Source: Planctomycetota bacterium (lineage in GTDB: Bacteria; Planctomycetota; Phycisphaerae; Phycisphaerales; Phycisphaeraceae). Taken from it: a DNA stretch of 56,250 nucleotides. The stretch covers positions 1 through 56,250 of the forward strand of contig JBCCDN010000001.1 of the NCBI GenBank assembly GCA_039030755.1, given 5' to 3'. Shown here in pieces: positions 40,750-49,445 of this stretch. Each line of letters opens with the position of its first letter. The first letter of the stretch is position 1. Below the pieces are notes generated by a model that saw only the letters and a list, made by a program, of their open reading frames with translations, had not been told where the DNA came from and ran no database searches. Both the position numbers and the translations under genes were made by a program.

Positions 40750-42035
40750 CACCGGTCCAACTCCGCCGCGATAATGTTCAGGCTGCCCAGGATCGCCACC
40801 GCATCGGCGAGCATATGACCCTCGAGCATCTTGCCGTACGCCCCGAAGTGCAGGAACGAGCAAGCCCGGTGCTTCGCCCGCCACGGCGTCGGCCCGCCGT
40901 CAGCAACGATATAGAAACCGTGCTTGCCGTTGGGGCTTTCGATCTCGGCATAGCTCTCGTTGATCGGCGCGGTCCACTTGCGGTTGGTCATGACCAGCTC
41001 GAAGTGTTCGATCAGGCCTTCGATGCTGCCGTACACCTCGGCCTTGCTGGGCTTGGCGATCTTGCCGTCCGCGCCAGTATTCATCGGCCCGCCGGGGATG
41101 TCGTCGATCAACTGCTCGATGATCTTGATCGATTGGTTGATCTCCTCGACGCGGACGAGGTATCGGCCGAGCACATCGCCCGTGGTCGCCACAGGAACCG
41201 AGAACTTCACGGCCTCGCTGCCCTGCCCGTCCCAGTTGTCAGCGAAACAAAGATACGGGTCGTCCTTGCGGACGTCACGCTTCACGCCCGACGCGCGGGC
41301 GACCGGACCCGAGAGCGACCAGGCGATCGCTTCCTCGGCCGTGACCGCGCCGATGCCCTCGGTGCGGTCGCGGAAGATCTTGTTCTTGTTGAGCATGCCC
41401 GTCAGGTCGTCCATCGCCTTGGGCAGGTCTTCGTGGATGAAGTCCTTGACCATCTTGACGAACACCTTCTCGTCGGGCAGGTCCATCATGGTGCCGCCCA
41501 TCCGGGTGTAGTCCGGGTGGAAGCGTTGGCCGGACACGTAGTCCATGATGTCCATGATGGGTTCGCGTTCGTTGAAGCCGTAGAGGAACCCGGTGAACGC
41601 GCCCAAGTCGAGCGCCGCGGCGCCGACGCACAGCAGGTGGTCCTGGATTCGGCCGATCTCGCCGAGAATCGTCCGGACGGCCTTGCAGCGGGGTGTGATT
41701 TGAATATCGAAGAGTTTTTCCGCGGCGTGGTGCCAGGAGATGTCGTTGCAGATCGGGCTCACGTAGTTCATCCGCGAAACGATCGTGACGTACTGGTTGT
41801 AGTCGAGCACCTCGGCCAACTTCTCGAAACCCGAGTGCAGGTAGCCGATGTGCGGGACCGCCCGGACGACGCGTTCACCGTCGAGTTCCATGACGATGCG
41901 GAGCGTGGTGTGGGTCGCGGGATGCTGGGGGCCGAAGTTAAGCGCCCAGCGGTCGCCAGATTTCGTCCAGCCTTCCTGTTCCACGTACGGCGTGGTTTCG
42001 ACGTCGATGTCGATGGGTTTGAGGTCGTAAGGCAT
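40749..42035 (-). CDS. nuoD: NADH-quinone oxidoreductase subunit D (49-kDa)
   Basis: NFGPQHPATHTTLR, HIGYLHSGFEKL and the C-terminal SLNIIAAELDR match NuoD. The roughly 30-aa N-terminal extension is shorter than a NuoC fusion would require, so this is not a fused NuoCD. Confidence 0.9.
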   Translation of the reverse strand: MPYDLKPIDIDVETTPYVEQEGWTKSGDRWALNFGPQHPATHTTLRIVMELDGERVVRAVPHIGYLHSGFEKLAEVLDYNQYVTIVSRMNYVSPICNDISWHHAAEKLFDIQITPRCKAVRTILGEIGRIQDHLLCVGAAALDLGAFTGFLYGFNEREPIMDIMDYVSGQRFHPDYTRMGGTMMDLPDEKVFVKMVKDFIHEDLPKAMDDLTGMLNKNKIFRDRTEGIGAVTAEEAIAWSLSGPVARASGVKRDVRKDDPYLCFADNWDGQGSEAVKFSVPVATTGDVLGRYLVRVEEINQSIKIIEQLIDDIPGGPMNTGADGKIAKPSKAEVYGSIEGLIEHFELVMTNRKWTAPINESYAEIESPNGKHGFYIVADGGPTPWRAKHRACSFLHFGAYGKMLEGHMLADAVAILGSLNIIAAELDR

Positions 42036-42151
42036 GCGGATCGCGGTTCGTAGGGGCGGGGATGAAGAGCTGGGAGGCTTTTGCTTTTGCAGTGTAGGAG
42101 ACGGTTCCGCGGGATGCCACGGTCGGCGGCGCGGGATGCGTTTAGGATCGG

Positions 42152-43252
42152 GTGATGGCGGGCTTGACGTCCAACTCGGAATCGCGGGTGCCGTGGTCGG
42201 CGGTGCGGGCGTTGGCCGAGCCGATGGACTTCGGGATGTTCGGAGTGGCGGACGCCCGGCCGAGCGACGCGGAACGGGCGGCGTTTTTTCGGACCTGGAT
42301 TGCAGCTGGGAAACACGGGGAAATGGCCTACCTCGCCGAGCATCTGGAGATGCGTCTGGATGTGCAGCGGCTGCTCCCGGGAGCGGCGAGCGTGATCGTG
42401 ATGGCAGAGGGGTACGGGAACACGACGGCGCAAGAAACGTCGCGCCGCAGTGGCGGGGACACGGATCCGAGCGAAACCGGGAAGGCCGCGCGGTACGCGT
42501 GGGGTCGGGACTACCACAAGGTGCTCAAGAAGAAGCTGCACCGATTCTGCGACGCGCTGCGGGCGGCGTTTCCCGAGGAGGAATGTCGCGCGACCGTGGA
42601 CACCGCTCCGATCCACGAACGGGAACACGCCGCCCGGGCGGGGCTCGGTTGGATTGGCAAGAACACGCTGCTCATCCACCCGCGTCACGGGTCGTTCGTG
42701 CTGCTAGGCTGCGTGGTGACGACGCTACCGATTGAAAGTTCGGAGGCTGCGGATTGGCCGAACGCGAACGTTGAGCCGGCGGATCGATGTGCGCACTGCA
42801 CACGGTGTATCGATGCGTGCCCAACGCAAGCGATTACGGCGGACGGATATTCGATCGACGCAACGCGGTGCGTGTCGTACTTGACGCTCGAACACCGCAG
42901 CCCGATCAAGCCGGAGTTGGCCGAGCGGCTGGACGGCTGGATCGCGGGGTGCGACGTGTGCCAAGACGTGTGCCCGTACAACCAAGCGGGCGCGCGGAAT
43001 CCACTGCCCGTACCCATGGAGTTCAAACCGCGCGAGCACGCCAACGGTCTGCCTCTGCATGATGTCGTGATGTGGGACGAATCGGATCGATTGCGACACA
43101 CGGCAGGCACCGCGCTGACAAGGATCAAGCTTTCGATGTGGAAGCGAAACGCCGAGGCAGTGCGATTGAAATCAATGGGCTCGGCCAAGATGGTGCAGGA
43201 CCCGGCAGATCTCCGCGAGGGCGAGCACGCCGACGGCGACCGCGAGGCCTAA
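42152..43252 (+). CDS. queG: tRNA epoxyqueuosine(34) reductase QueG
   Basis: WIAAGKHGEMAYL, GLGWIGKNTLLI, and two ferredoxin-type clusters (CAHCTRCIDACP and CDVCQDVCP). Confidence 0.85.
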   Translation: MMAGLTSNSESRVPWSAVRALAEPMDFGMFGVADARPSDAERAAFFRTWIAAGKHGEMAYLAEHLEMRLDVQRLLPGAASVIVMAEGYGNTTAQETSRRSGGDTDPSETGKAARYAWGRDYHKVLKKKLHRFCDALRAAFPEEECRATVDTAPIHEREHAARAGLGWIGKNTLLIHPRHGSFVLLGCVVTTLPIESSEAADWPNANVEPADRCAHCTRCIDACPTQAITADGYSIDATRCVSYLTLEHRSPIKPELAERLDGWIAGCDVCQDVCPYNQAGARNPLPVPMEFKPREHANGLPLHDVVMWDESDRLRHTAGTALTRIKLSMWKRNAEAVRLKSMGSAKMVQDPADLREGEHADGDREA

Positions 43253-43954
43253 GCCAAACACCAACGACGCGGCGACCGCGCTAAACCCCGCGGCCTGTGC
43301 TTCGAGCGCGAGCTTGGCCGCGCCGCCTACCGCAACCAAGCCACACAGGCGCATGGGCCAGACGATCGCGCGCAGCGTGCCGAACGCGGGCGCGGTGGCG
43401 TCGACCGAGAGCTTTTCCCACGGGATGCGGGGCGGCCGATAGTGGCGCAGCGCCGCGATACGGGCGGCCCCGGCTTCGATTCGCGCGGCCGAGCGTTGAA
43501 GGACGCCGGGCGGAAGTTCATTGGATGGGAGGACTTGGAGCGATGCCTGTGCGGGTGCGGCCGGGCGTGAGGGCACACGAATCGGGCGCGCCGGCGCCGT
43601 GGCTCGCACGGCCTCGGCCTTCGGTGGCGTCTTGGTCTTGATCGCCGGGCGGGCACGATCCCGCCAGGACACCCGCGATGCCTTGGCCTTCGCGTTTGAC
43701 TTGGGCTTCGACTTCGCGGCGGGCTTCGCCGGCGTGCCGGGCGGGCTCGGGGTGTACGTGGGCAACTTGGGTTTGACGTCGCTGAACGTGCGGTACGCGC
43801 CGGAATCGCCCGGCCGGGGACCGGGGATGCCCGAGGAGTTGCCCGTAAGACCTCCGCTATTGCGTTGGGCTTGCTTGGCGAGGAGTTCCTGCTTCCGCTG
43901 CATCATCTGCTTACGGAGCTGCTTCTTATCTTTTTTCGATAACGTCGCGGACAT
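43172..43954 (-). CDS. Hypothetical protein: basic/Pro-rich N-terminal region and C-terminal double-TM anchor
   Basis: 260-aa ORF. The N-terminus is KKDKKQLRKQMMQRKQELLAKQAQR, followed by a PT/AK-rich linker and C-terminal helices (LCGLVAVGGAAKLAL, VAASLVFGLGLAVAVGVLALA). The 3-prime end overlaps queG by 81 nt. Confidence 0.45.
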   Translation of the reverse strand: MSATLSKKDKKQLRKQMMQRKQELLAKQAQRNSGGLTGNSSGIPGPRPGDSGAYRTFSDVKPKLPTYTPSPPGTPAKPAAKSKPKSNAKAKASRVSWRDRARPAIKTKTPPKAEAVRATAPARPIRVPSRPAAPAQASLQVLPSNELPPGVLQRSAARIEAGAARIAALRHYRPPRIPWEKLSVDATAPAFGTLRAIVWPMRLCGLVAVGGAAKLALEAQAAGFSAVAASLVFGLGLAVAVGVLALAEICRVLHHLGRAH

Positions 43955-43967
43955 AGCGCAGCCCTTA

Positions 43968-43983
43968 GAAGTTCATGAACTTC
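43968..43983. promoter_or_regulatory. Perfect 16-bp palindrome GAAGTTCATGAACTTC upstream of the 43954 start
   Basis: Read directly from the sequence. It lies 13 nt upstream of the ATG at 43954 and 74 nt downstream of the fabI stop. It could be an operator or an RNA hairpin. Confidence 0.3.
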
Positions 43984-44056
43984 ATGGCTATCGGGCCGGC
44001 GAGTCGCGGGGCGACACGGTCCGGTAATCGAACCTCGGGAGTCGCGACGGAACGCG

Positions 44057-44881
44057 TCAGCCTTGATGCGGCGGCACGCCGACGATGCTGAAGCCCGCAT
44101 CGACGTGGATGGTTTCGCCGGTGACACCGGACGACAGATCACTAAGCAGGTAGACGGCGGTGTTGCCGACTTCGTCGCCGGTGTTGCAGCGTTTCATCGA
44201 GGCGGCGTATTCCTGATACTCGATCATCTTGTCCATGCCGCCCACGCCGGCGCCGGCGAGGGTCTTGAACGGCCCCGCGGAGATGCAATTCACCCGCACG
44301 TTCCTTCCGGGGGCGCCCAGCTCGTAGGCGAGATAACGGGTGGTGTGTTCGAGGCAGGCCTTGGCGATGCCCATGACGTTGTAGCCGGGGGTGACTTTCT
44401 CGCCGCCGTAATAACTCATGTTGATGATCGCGCCGCCGGGTTCGGTTTTGGTGTCGCTGGTCTTCTGCATCAGCGGCAAGGCGCGGTTCGCCATCGCGAG
44501 CAGCGTGTACGCCGACGTATCGACCGCGCCGGTGTACACGTCGCGCGGCGTCTGATGGAACATGTCCGCCTTGAGGTAGTCCTTGTCCGCAAACGCGATC
44601 GAGTGGACCAGAAAGTCCAGCGTGTCGTGGTCTTTCGCAAAGGCGGCGAACGTCGCGTCGAGGGATTCGTCGCTGTTCGCGTCGCATTCGACCAGCCAGG
44701 GGTCTTCGATGCCCATCGCCTGGCAGGCCTTCTTCACGCGGTGCTCCATCTTGCCCATGGGCAGGTAGGTGAACGCGAGCTTCGCGCCCTGCTCGTGGAG
44801 CTGCTTGGCGATGAACCAGGCGTAGCTGCGTTCGTTGGCGATGCCGAAGACGAGGCCGATCTTTCCAGTCATGAGGCCCAT
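44057..44881 (-). CDS. fabI: Enoyl-[acyl-carrier-protein] reductase (NADH) FabI
   Basis: GIANERSYAW in the N-terminal Rossmann loop, the SDR catalytic region (YYGGEKVTPGYNVMGIAKACLE), and a 274-aa length. Confidence 0.9.
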   Translation of the reverse strand: MGLMTGKIGLVFGIANERSYAWFIAKQLHEQGAKLAFTYLPMGKMEHRVKKACQAMGIEDPWLVECDANSDESLDATFAAFAKDHDTLDFLVHSIAFADKDYLKADMFHQTPRDVYTGAVDTSAYTLLAMANRALPLMQKTSDTKTEPGGAIINMSYYGGEKVTPGYNVMGIAKACLEHTTRYLAYELGAPGRNVRVNCISAGPFKTLAGAGVGGMDKMIEYQEYAASMKRCNTGDEVGNTAVYLLSDLSSGVTGETIHVDAGFSIVGVPPHQG

Positions 44882-44952
44882 GGGAGTGCTCCTGATGCGT
44901 TGAATCTGTGGTTTGCGAATTCCGCGAGACTAAAGCAAGCCGCGCGGCTCCG

Positions 44953-46101
44953 CTACTTGGCGAGGTCCACCAGGGCGTCCAAGCCACGGTCGAGCGTGTC
45001 GTCGTCGCAGGCGTAGCTGAGGCGGACGTGGGTGTCGTGCTGGCTGAAGACGTTGCCCGGGATGATGAGGACGTTGCGTTCGATCGCGCGTTCGACGAAT
45101 TGGGTCCCGGTTTGGCCGAGGTGTTCGGGCACCTTGGGGAAGGCGTAGAACGCGCCGCCGGGGACGGTGAGTTCGTAATGCGGGCTTAAGCATTCGACAA
45201 CGCGGTCGCGCTTGCGTTGGTAGGCGGCGACGTGCTCGGACATGTCCACGTCGAGCGCGGGAGCACCTGCGACCTGGGCCATACTGGGGGCGCAGACGAA
45301 GGTGTACTGCTGCAGCTTGGTCATCTGCTCGACGATGGGGCTGGGGCCAACGGCGTATCCCAGGCGCCAGCCGGTCATGGCGTAGGTCTTGGAGAAACCG
45401 CGGAGCAGGAGGACATCGGGGCAGGCGTGCAGCGGGCTGGGGAATCGCTCGCTCCCGTATTGGAACACGTCGTAGATCTCGTCGCTGAGCATAAGGACGC
45501 CGCGGGCTTTGCAGAACGCGGCGAGGTCGGCGGCCACTTCCGCTGGCGGGATGACGCCGGTGGGGTTCGAGGGGCTGTTGAACAGCAGCAGCTTTGTCCG
45601 ATCGTTCACGTGCGGGGCGACGCGCTCGACTGTGAGTTGGAAGTCCGGGTAGGTGTCGATGTACTTCGCGGTGCCGCCGGCGAGGGTGACCAGGTGCTTG
45701 TACATCACGAAGTACGGGTCGGCGATGAGCACTTCGTCGCCGGGCTGGATGCAGGTGAGCATCGTGAGCAGGAGGCCGCCGGAAACCCCGGAAGTGATGA
45801 GTAGCGAAGCATCGCCGTTGGCCAGGGACGGCCCGAGCGTGTCGGGGAACTCGGCGGTGAGCTGCGCGGCGATCTTGGTGCGCAGATCCGCAAGGCCTTG
45901 CGTCTGCGTGTACCGGTTCACGCCTTGCTCGATCGCGTCTGCGGCGGCTTGCTTCACTTCCGTCGGCACATCGAAATCCGGTTGGCCGATCGACAGGTTG
46001 ATCGGATTCTTGAGCGACGCGGCGAGGTCGAAGACGCGGCGGATGCCCGAGGCGTCGATACCGTGGAGGCGATCGGTGATGAGAGCGTCGAAGTCGTGCA
46101 T
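44953..46101 (-). CDS. Pyridoxal-phosphate-dependent aminotransferase, class I/II (AspC-like)
   Basis: GQPDFDVP, SPSNPTG and the PLP-lysine region GFSKTYAMTGWRLGY. Confidence 0.85.
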   Translation of the reverse strand: MHDFDALITDRLHGIDASGIRRVFDLAASLKNPINLSIGQPDFDVPTEVKQAAADAIEQGVNRYTQTQGLADLRTKIAAQLTAEFPDTLGPSLANGDASLLITSGVSGGLLLTMLTCIQPGDEVLIADPYFVMYKHLVTLAGGTAKYIDTYPDFQLTVERVAPHVNDRTKLLLFNSPSNPTGVIPPAEVAADLAAFCKARGVLMLSDEIYDVFQYGSERFPSPLHACPDVLLLRGFSKTYAMTGWRLGYAVGPSPIVEQMTKLQQYTFVCAPSMAQVAGAPALDVDMSEHVAAYQRKRDRVVECLSPHYELTVPGGAFYAFPKVPEHLGQTGTQFVERAIERNVLIIPGNVFSQHDTHVRLSYACDDDTLDRGLDALVDLAK

Positions 46102-46115
46102 GCGGCAAGCCTATG

Positions 46116-46144
46116 AAAAACACCGGCCCCTGCGGGTCGGTGTT
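46116..46144 (-). terminator. Intrinsic-terminator-like hairpin plus T-tract after the small basic protein gene
   Basis: The minus strand reads AACACCGACCC-gcag-GGGCCGGTGTT followed by TTTTT. The stem has one internal C-A mismatch. The T-tract ends about 14 nt upstream of the aminotransferase ATG. Confidence 0.5.
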
Positions 46145-46189
46145 CGAAGATTGATACTTAAGCCGTCGCGCTTAGCAACGACAAGAGTG

Positions 46190-46378
46190 TTAGCCGCTCT
46201 TAAGCTTGCGGTTGCCGACCTTCGGCAGGTGAAGCGGCTTGTTGAGCTTTTTACCGTCGGCGGCCTTGGCGTCGAACTTGTCGGCGTCGACGAGTTTGGT
46301 GATGCGTTCAGCTCGGGTGAGGACGTTGCGGTGACGCTGGAGGCCGCCGCCGGTTTTGAGGGAACTGTCGAGGCTCAT
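46190..46378 (-). CDS. Small basic protein (resembles the PVC-group small basic protein family)
   Basis: 62 aa. SLKTGGGLQRHRNVLTRAERI...LPKV resembles my recollection of the conserved small basic protein annotated in Planctomycetota and Verrucomicrobiota. The family identity is unverified. Confidence 0.5.
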   Translation of the reverse strand: MSLDSSLKTGGGLQRHRNVLTRAERITKLVDADKFDAKAADGKKLNKPLHLPKVGNRKLKSG

Positions 46379-46405
46379 AATGGGGTCCGGGGAAACGGGT
46401 GTCGG

Positions 46406-47458
46406 TTAATCGCTCGGGGCGTTGTACTTGTAGAAGGTCATGGATTCGAGGGCGGAGCCGCGATCACCGTTGTGGCGTTTCCAGGCCCGGCCGAGAGCCA
46501 AACGTTCCGAAAGGAATCGGTGGTGCTCGCCTCGGACGTATTGGGCTCGGGTAAATCCCTTCGTAACATCGACCACTAAATGTAACACGGCAGTATCGCT
46601 CGATTCGCCGGCGAATGCAACTCCGTGCTCATCCAAATCCAGGCCGGCCTTGACCCGGTGTTCGGTGGGCACGAGCCGAATCCGGGCGTCGTGGCCGCGG
46701 AGGAAGTCCGCCAACTCGCGGGCGGTCCCCAGGTCGGTCATCGTGTACACCAAGTAATTCCGGCCGGGCACACGGGGGTCGGCCGCGGGGGGCGGCGTGG
46801 TGCGTGGCGTGGGTACAACGACGCCCGTAAGCGGGTCTGAGCCGCCGGGAACGTCGACCATCGGCGGCTGACGATCGATGCCGGACACGTCGGCACCGGT
46901 GTCGGCCTGAGCGAGCGGGCGTTCAACGCGATCCGGCCAAGTCTCGGCAAAATTCGTCGCGACGGCGTCGCCCCGGCCCAGCCAATACGCCAACAGGACC
47001 AAGCCGACGACGCCCGCGATGCCCAGCACGACCAGCCCGCGGGTCATCCGCAGCACCACCGGCTTGCCCGACGTGATCCACCAAGCCCCGGCGGCCGATT
47101 CCACCGGACGCACCTTGTTTGCGGCGGCCTCGGCCTTGCGGTCGGCCCGTTGCTCGCGACGCTGAGCCCAGAGTTCACGCAGAGCTTGCCAACGCTCGCC
47201 GGCAACCTCGAAGGAGGCCCGGGACTTCTCGGCGATTGCTCTGCCCAACGCGGTACACCATGCCCACACCGTCTGTGGCTCGGGCAGCTTCAACACACGT
47301 CGGCCACGGCCTCCCCCGCTACTCCCCGCGGAAGAGCTCGACGAATCAATTCCGGCCCCCGAAGCGGATGGGTGGCGCGTCGTGACGGGCGTCGCCAACT
47401 TTCCGGGGGGCGTGCTGCTGAAAATTTCGTAAGGGGGTTTGGCGTTCCGTCGCGGCAT
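46406..47458 (-). CDS. Hypothetical bitopic membrane protein
   Basis: 350-aa ORF with a Ser/Gly/Arg-rich N-terminal region, one central TM helix (GLVVLGIAGVVGLVLLAYWL), a Pro-rich linker and a roughly 110-aa C-terminal alpha/beta-looking domain. That domain might be SPOR-like, which is unverified. Confidence 0.5.
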   Translation of the reverse strand: MPRRNAKPPYEIFSSTPPGKLATPVTTRHPSASGAGIDSSSSSAGSSGGGRGRRVLKLPEPQTVWAWCTALGRAIAEKSRASFEVAGERWQALRELWAQRREQRADRKAEAAANKVRPVESAAGAWWITSGKPVVLRMTRGLVVLGIAGVVGLVLLAYWLGRGDAVATNFAETWPDRVERPLAQADTGADVSGIDRQPPMVDVPGGSDPLTGVVVPTPRTTPPPAADPRVPGRNYLVYTMTDLGTARELADFLRGHDARIRLVPTEHRVKAGLDLDEHGVAFAGESSDTAVLHLVVDVTKGFTRAQYVRGEHHRFLSERLALGRAWKRHNGDRGSALESMTFYKYNAPSD

Positions 47459-47702
47459 GGTTGTCTCCCGGTGCGGGGCGGGACAAGGGGGGCAGCCGAC
47501 GTTCCAACGCCGGCATCTCTCTCGCTAAGTTGCCCGAAGTCGCTGGATTCACACGAACATGCGATCCGGCGGGTTCGGACTCCCAAGAATAGCGGCCGTC
47601 CGGTAATCGGCCAGCCCCGATCAATGAAATCGTCCAAATCCGGGTGGTGACGTGAACCGTGTCCAAAACCCGCCAAGGCCAGACGATGTCGACACGCCTT
47701 TG

Positions 47703-48095
47703 CTAAGCCTTTGAGCTGACCCCAATCGCCGACGCCACCGCGTGCGTCTCGATATGGCTGATGCTGATCCACCACTGATCGATCCCCAGCCCGTCGGCGA
47801 CCTCGGCACACCTGCCGTGCAGCACCACGCTCGGGCGCCCCGACGGCTCGCGGACAATCTCCGCGTCGGTCCACGCGATTCCGCCCGACCAGCCCGTGCC
47901 GAGCACTTTGAGGATGGCTTCCTTTGCGGCGAATCGGCCGGCCAGATGTTCAATCCGACGCCGACGACCGCCGTCCGCGTAGGCCAGCTCGTCGGCGGTG
48001 AAACAGCGTTTCTGAAAACGCTCGGCGTGCTCGTCGAGCATGCGTTCGATGCGGGCTTTGTCGACGAGGTCGATGCCGTGGCCGATGATTCTCAT
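47703..48095 (-). CDS. acpS: Holo-[acyl-carrier-protein] synthase
   Basis: ATG 48095 overlaps the aroA stop (ATGA). 130 aa. Motifs: IIGHGIDLV, RFAAKEAILKVLG, SISH. Confidence 0.9.
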   Translation of the reverse strand: MRIIGHGIDLVDKARIERMLDEHAERFQKRCFTADELAYADGGRRRRIEHLAGRFAAKEAILKVLGTGWSGGIAWTDAEIVREPSGRPSVVLHGRCAEVADGLGIDQWWISISHIETHAVASAIGVSSKA

Positions 48096-49411
48096 GCGTT
48101 CGCCGTCGCTGCGGCCCGGAGTTGTTCGAGCCGGTGGAAGTAGTCGGGGAACGTTTTGTTGACGCAGGCCGGGTCGTTGATCGTGACGCCGTCCTGAGCG
48201 AGGCCGATCACACTGAACGCCATGGCCATGCGATGATCGTCGTAAGTATCGATCTTGGCGGGCGTAATCTTGCCGTCTTCCGGGGGCGTGATGGTGAGAT
48301 CGTCGCCGACAATGAGCACGTCCGCCCCGAGCTTGGTGAGTTCGACACGCAGTGCTTCCATGCGGTCGGTTTCTTTGACGCGGAGGTTGCCGACGTTGGC
48401 AATGGTGGTTGGGCCGTCCGCGAGCAGCGCGAGGCACGCGAGTGTTTGGGCCATGTCGGGCATGTCGTTGAGATCGACATTCACGCCACGCAGTTGACCC
48501 GAACTGGGCGACAGCACCGTCGTGGCGTCCAGGTGCTGCTCGACGTGGCAGCCCATGCGGCCAAGCACGTCGCAGAACTCCGCATCGCCCTGCAAGCTGC
48601 GTGACCCGATGCCTTCGATCGTGCAGCGCGAACCCGGCACCGCCGCCGCCGCCGCGAGGAAGTAGCTCGCGTTGCTCGCATCGGGCTCGATGTCGTAGTC
48701 CTTGTGGCGGTACCGCCCCGGGCTCACGCGGATTGCGCGGTACCCGCGGTGCGCTTCCCACTTGCCGCCGAACTTCTTCATCAAGTTCAGCGTCATCTTG
48801 ATGTACGGCAGCGATGTGATGTCGTCGCCCGTAAATTCCAAATCCAGCCCGCGGGGAAAATACGGGGCCGTCATGAGCAATGCGCTGACGTACTGACTGC
48901 TCAGCGTGGAGCCCAAATCCAGGTGCCCACCCGTCACGCCCGGCCCTTCCGCATCGATCTCCAGCGGCGGATAGCCCTGCTCTTCGATGAATTCGATCTC
49001 GGCCCCGAGTTCCTCGAGCGCCTCCACGAGTTCGCCGATCGGCCGCTTCCGCATCCTTGCGATGCCATCCAACTCGTATACGCCAAACCCCAGACAGCAC
49101 ACCGCGGTGAGAAACCGCATCGCCGTGCCCGCGTTGCCCAGATGCAGCGACGCTTCACGCGCGGGCGGCCCGCCTTTATCGCCCTTGACGGTGACGGTCT
49201 GGTTCTCTTCGTCGACATCAAGCGAGTAGCCGAGCGTCTGTAAACCCTCGATCATCACTTTGGTGTCGTCAGCGAACAGCACGCCGGTTAACACCGACTC
49301 ACCCTTGGCCAGTGCCGCGAGCACCAACGCGCGGTTGGTCAACGACTTGCTGCCGGGCACGCGGATCGAGAACTCGAATGCCGACGCGGGTTGAATCGCC
49401 AGTGAATCCAT
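48092..49411 (-). CDS. aroA: 3-phosphoshikimate 1-carboxyvinyltransferase (EPSP synthase)
   Basis: VPGSKSLTNRAL, LGNAGTAMRFL, KETDRM and DDHRMAMAF. Confidence 0.95.
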   Translation of the reverse strand: MDSLAIQPASAFEFSIRVPGSKSLTNRALVLAALAKGESVLTGVLFADDTKVMIEGLQTLGYSLDVDEENQTVTVKGDKGGPPAREASLHLGNAGTAMRFLTAVCCLGFGVYELDGIARMRKRPIGELVEALEELGAEIEFIEEQGYPPLEIDAEGPGVTGGHLDLGSTLSSQYVSALLMTAPYFPRGLDLEFTGDDITSLPYIKMTLNLMKKFGGKWEAHRGYRAIRVSPGRYRHKDYDIEPDASNASYFLAAAAAVPGSRCTIEGIGSRSLQGDAEFCDVLGRMGCHVEQHLDATTVLSPSSGQLRGVNVDLNDMPDMAQTLACLALLADGPTTIANVGNLRVKETDRMEALRVELTKLGADVLIVGDDLTITPPEDGKITPAKIDTYDDHRMAMAFSVIGLAQDGVTINDPACVNKTFPDYFHRLEQLRAAATANA

Positions 49412-49445
49412 CGCTAGGTTTTACCGGTTCCAGCCCAACTCCGCC

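Noticed and set aside
40815-42688. ORFs 40815-42053 (+) and 41768-42688 (-) across nuoD and queG
   Set aside because: Antisense or out-of-frame shadows of nuoD and queG with low-complexity R/G/D content.
44063-46123. ORFs 44063-45016 (+), 44142-44987 (-) and 44930-46123 (-)
   Set aside because: Alternative frames of fabI and the aminotransferase. The translations are Arg/His/Pro-rich and lack motifs.
48096-49100. Upstream 335 codons of the 465-aa ORF that ends as acpS
   Set aside because: This part is an out-of-frame read through aroA. AcpS starts at ATG 48095, in an ATGA overlap with the aroA stop, giving the canonical 130 aa.
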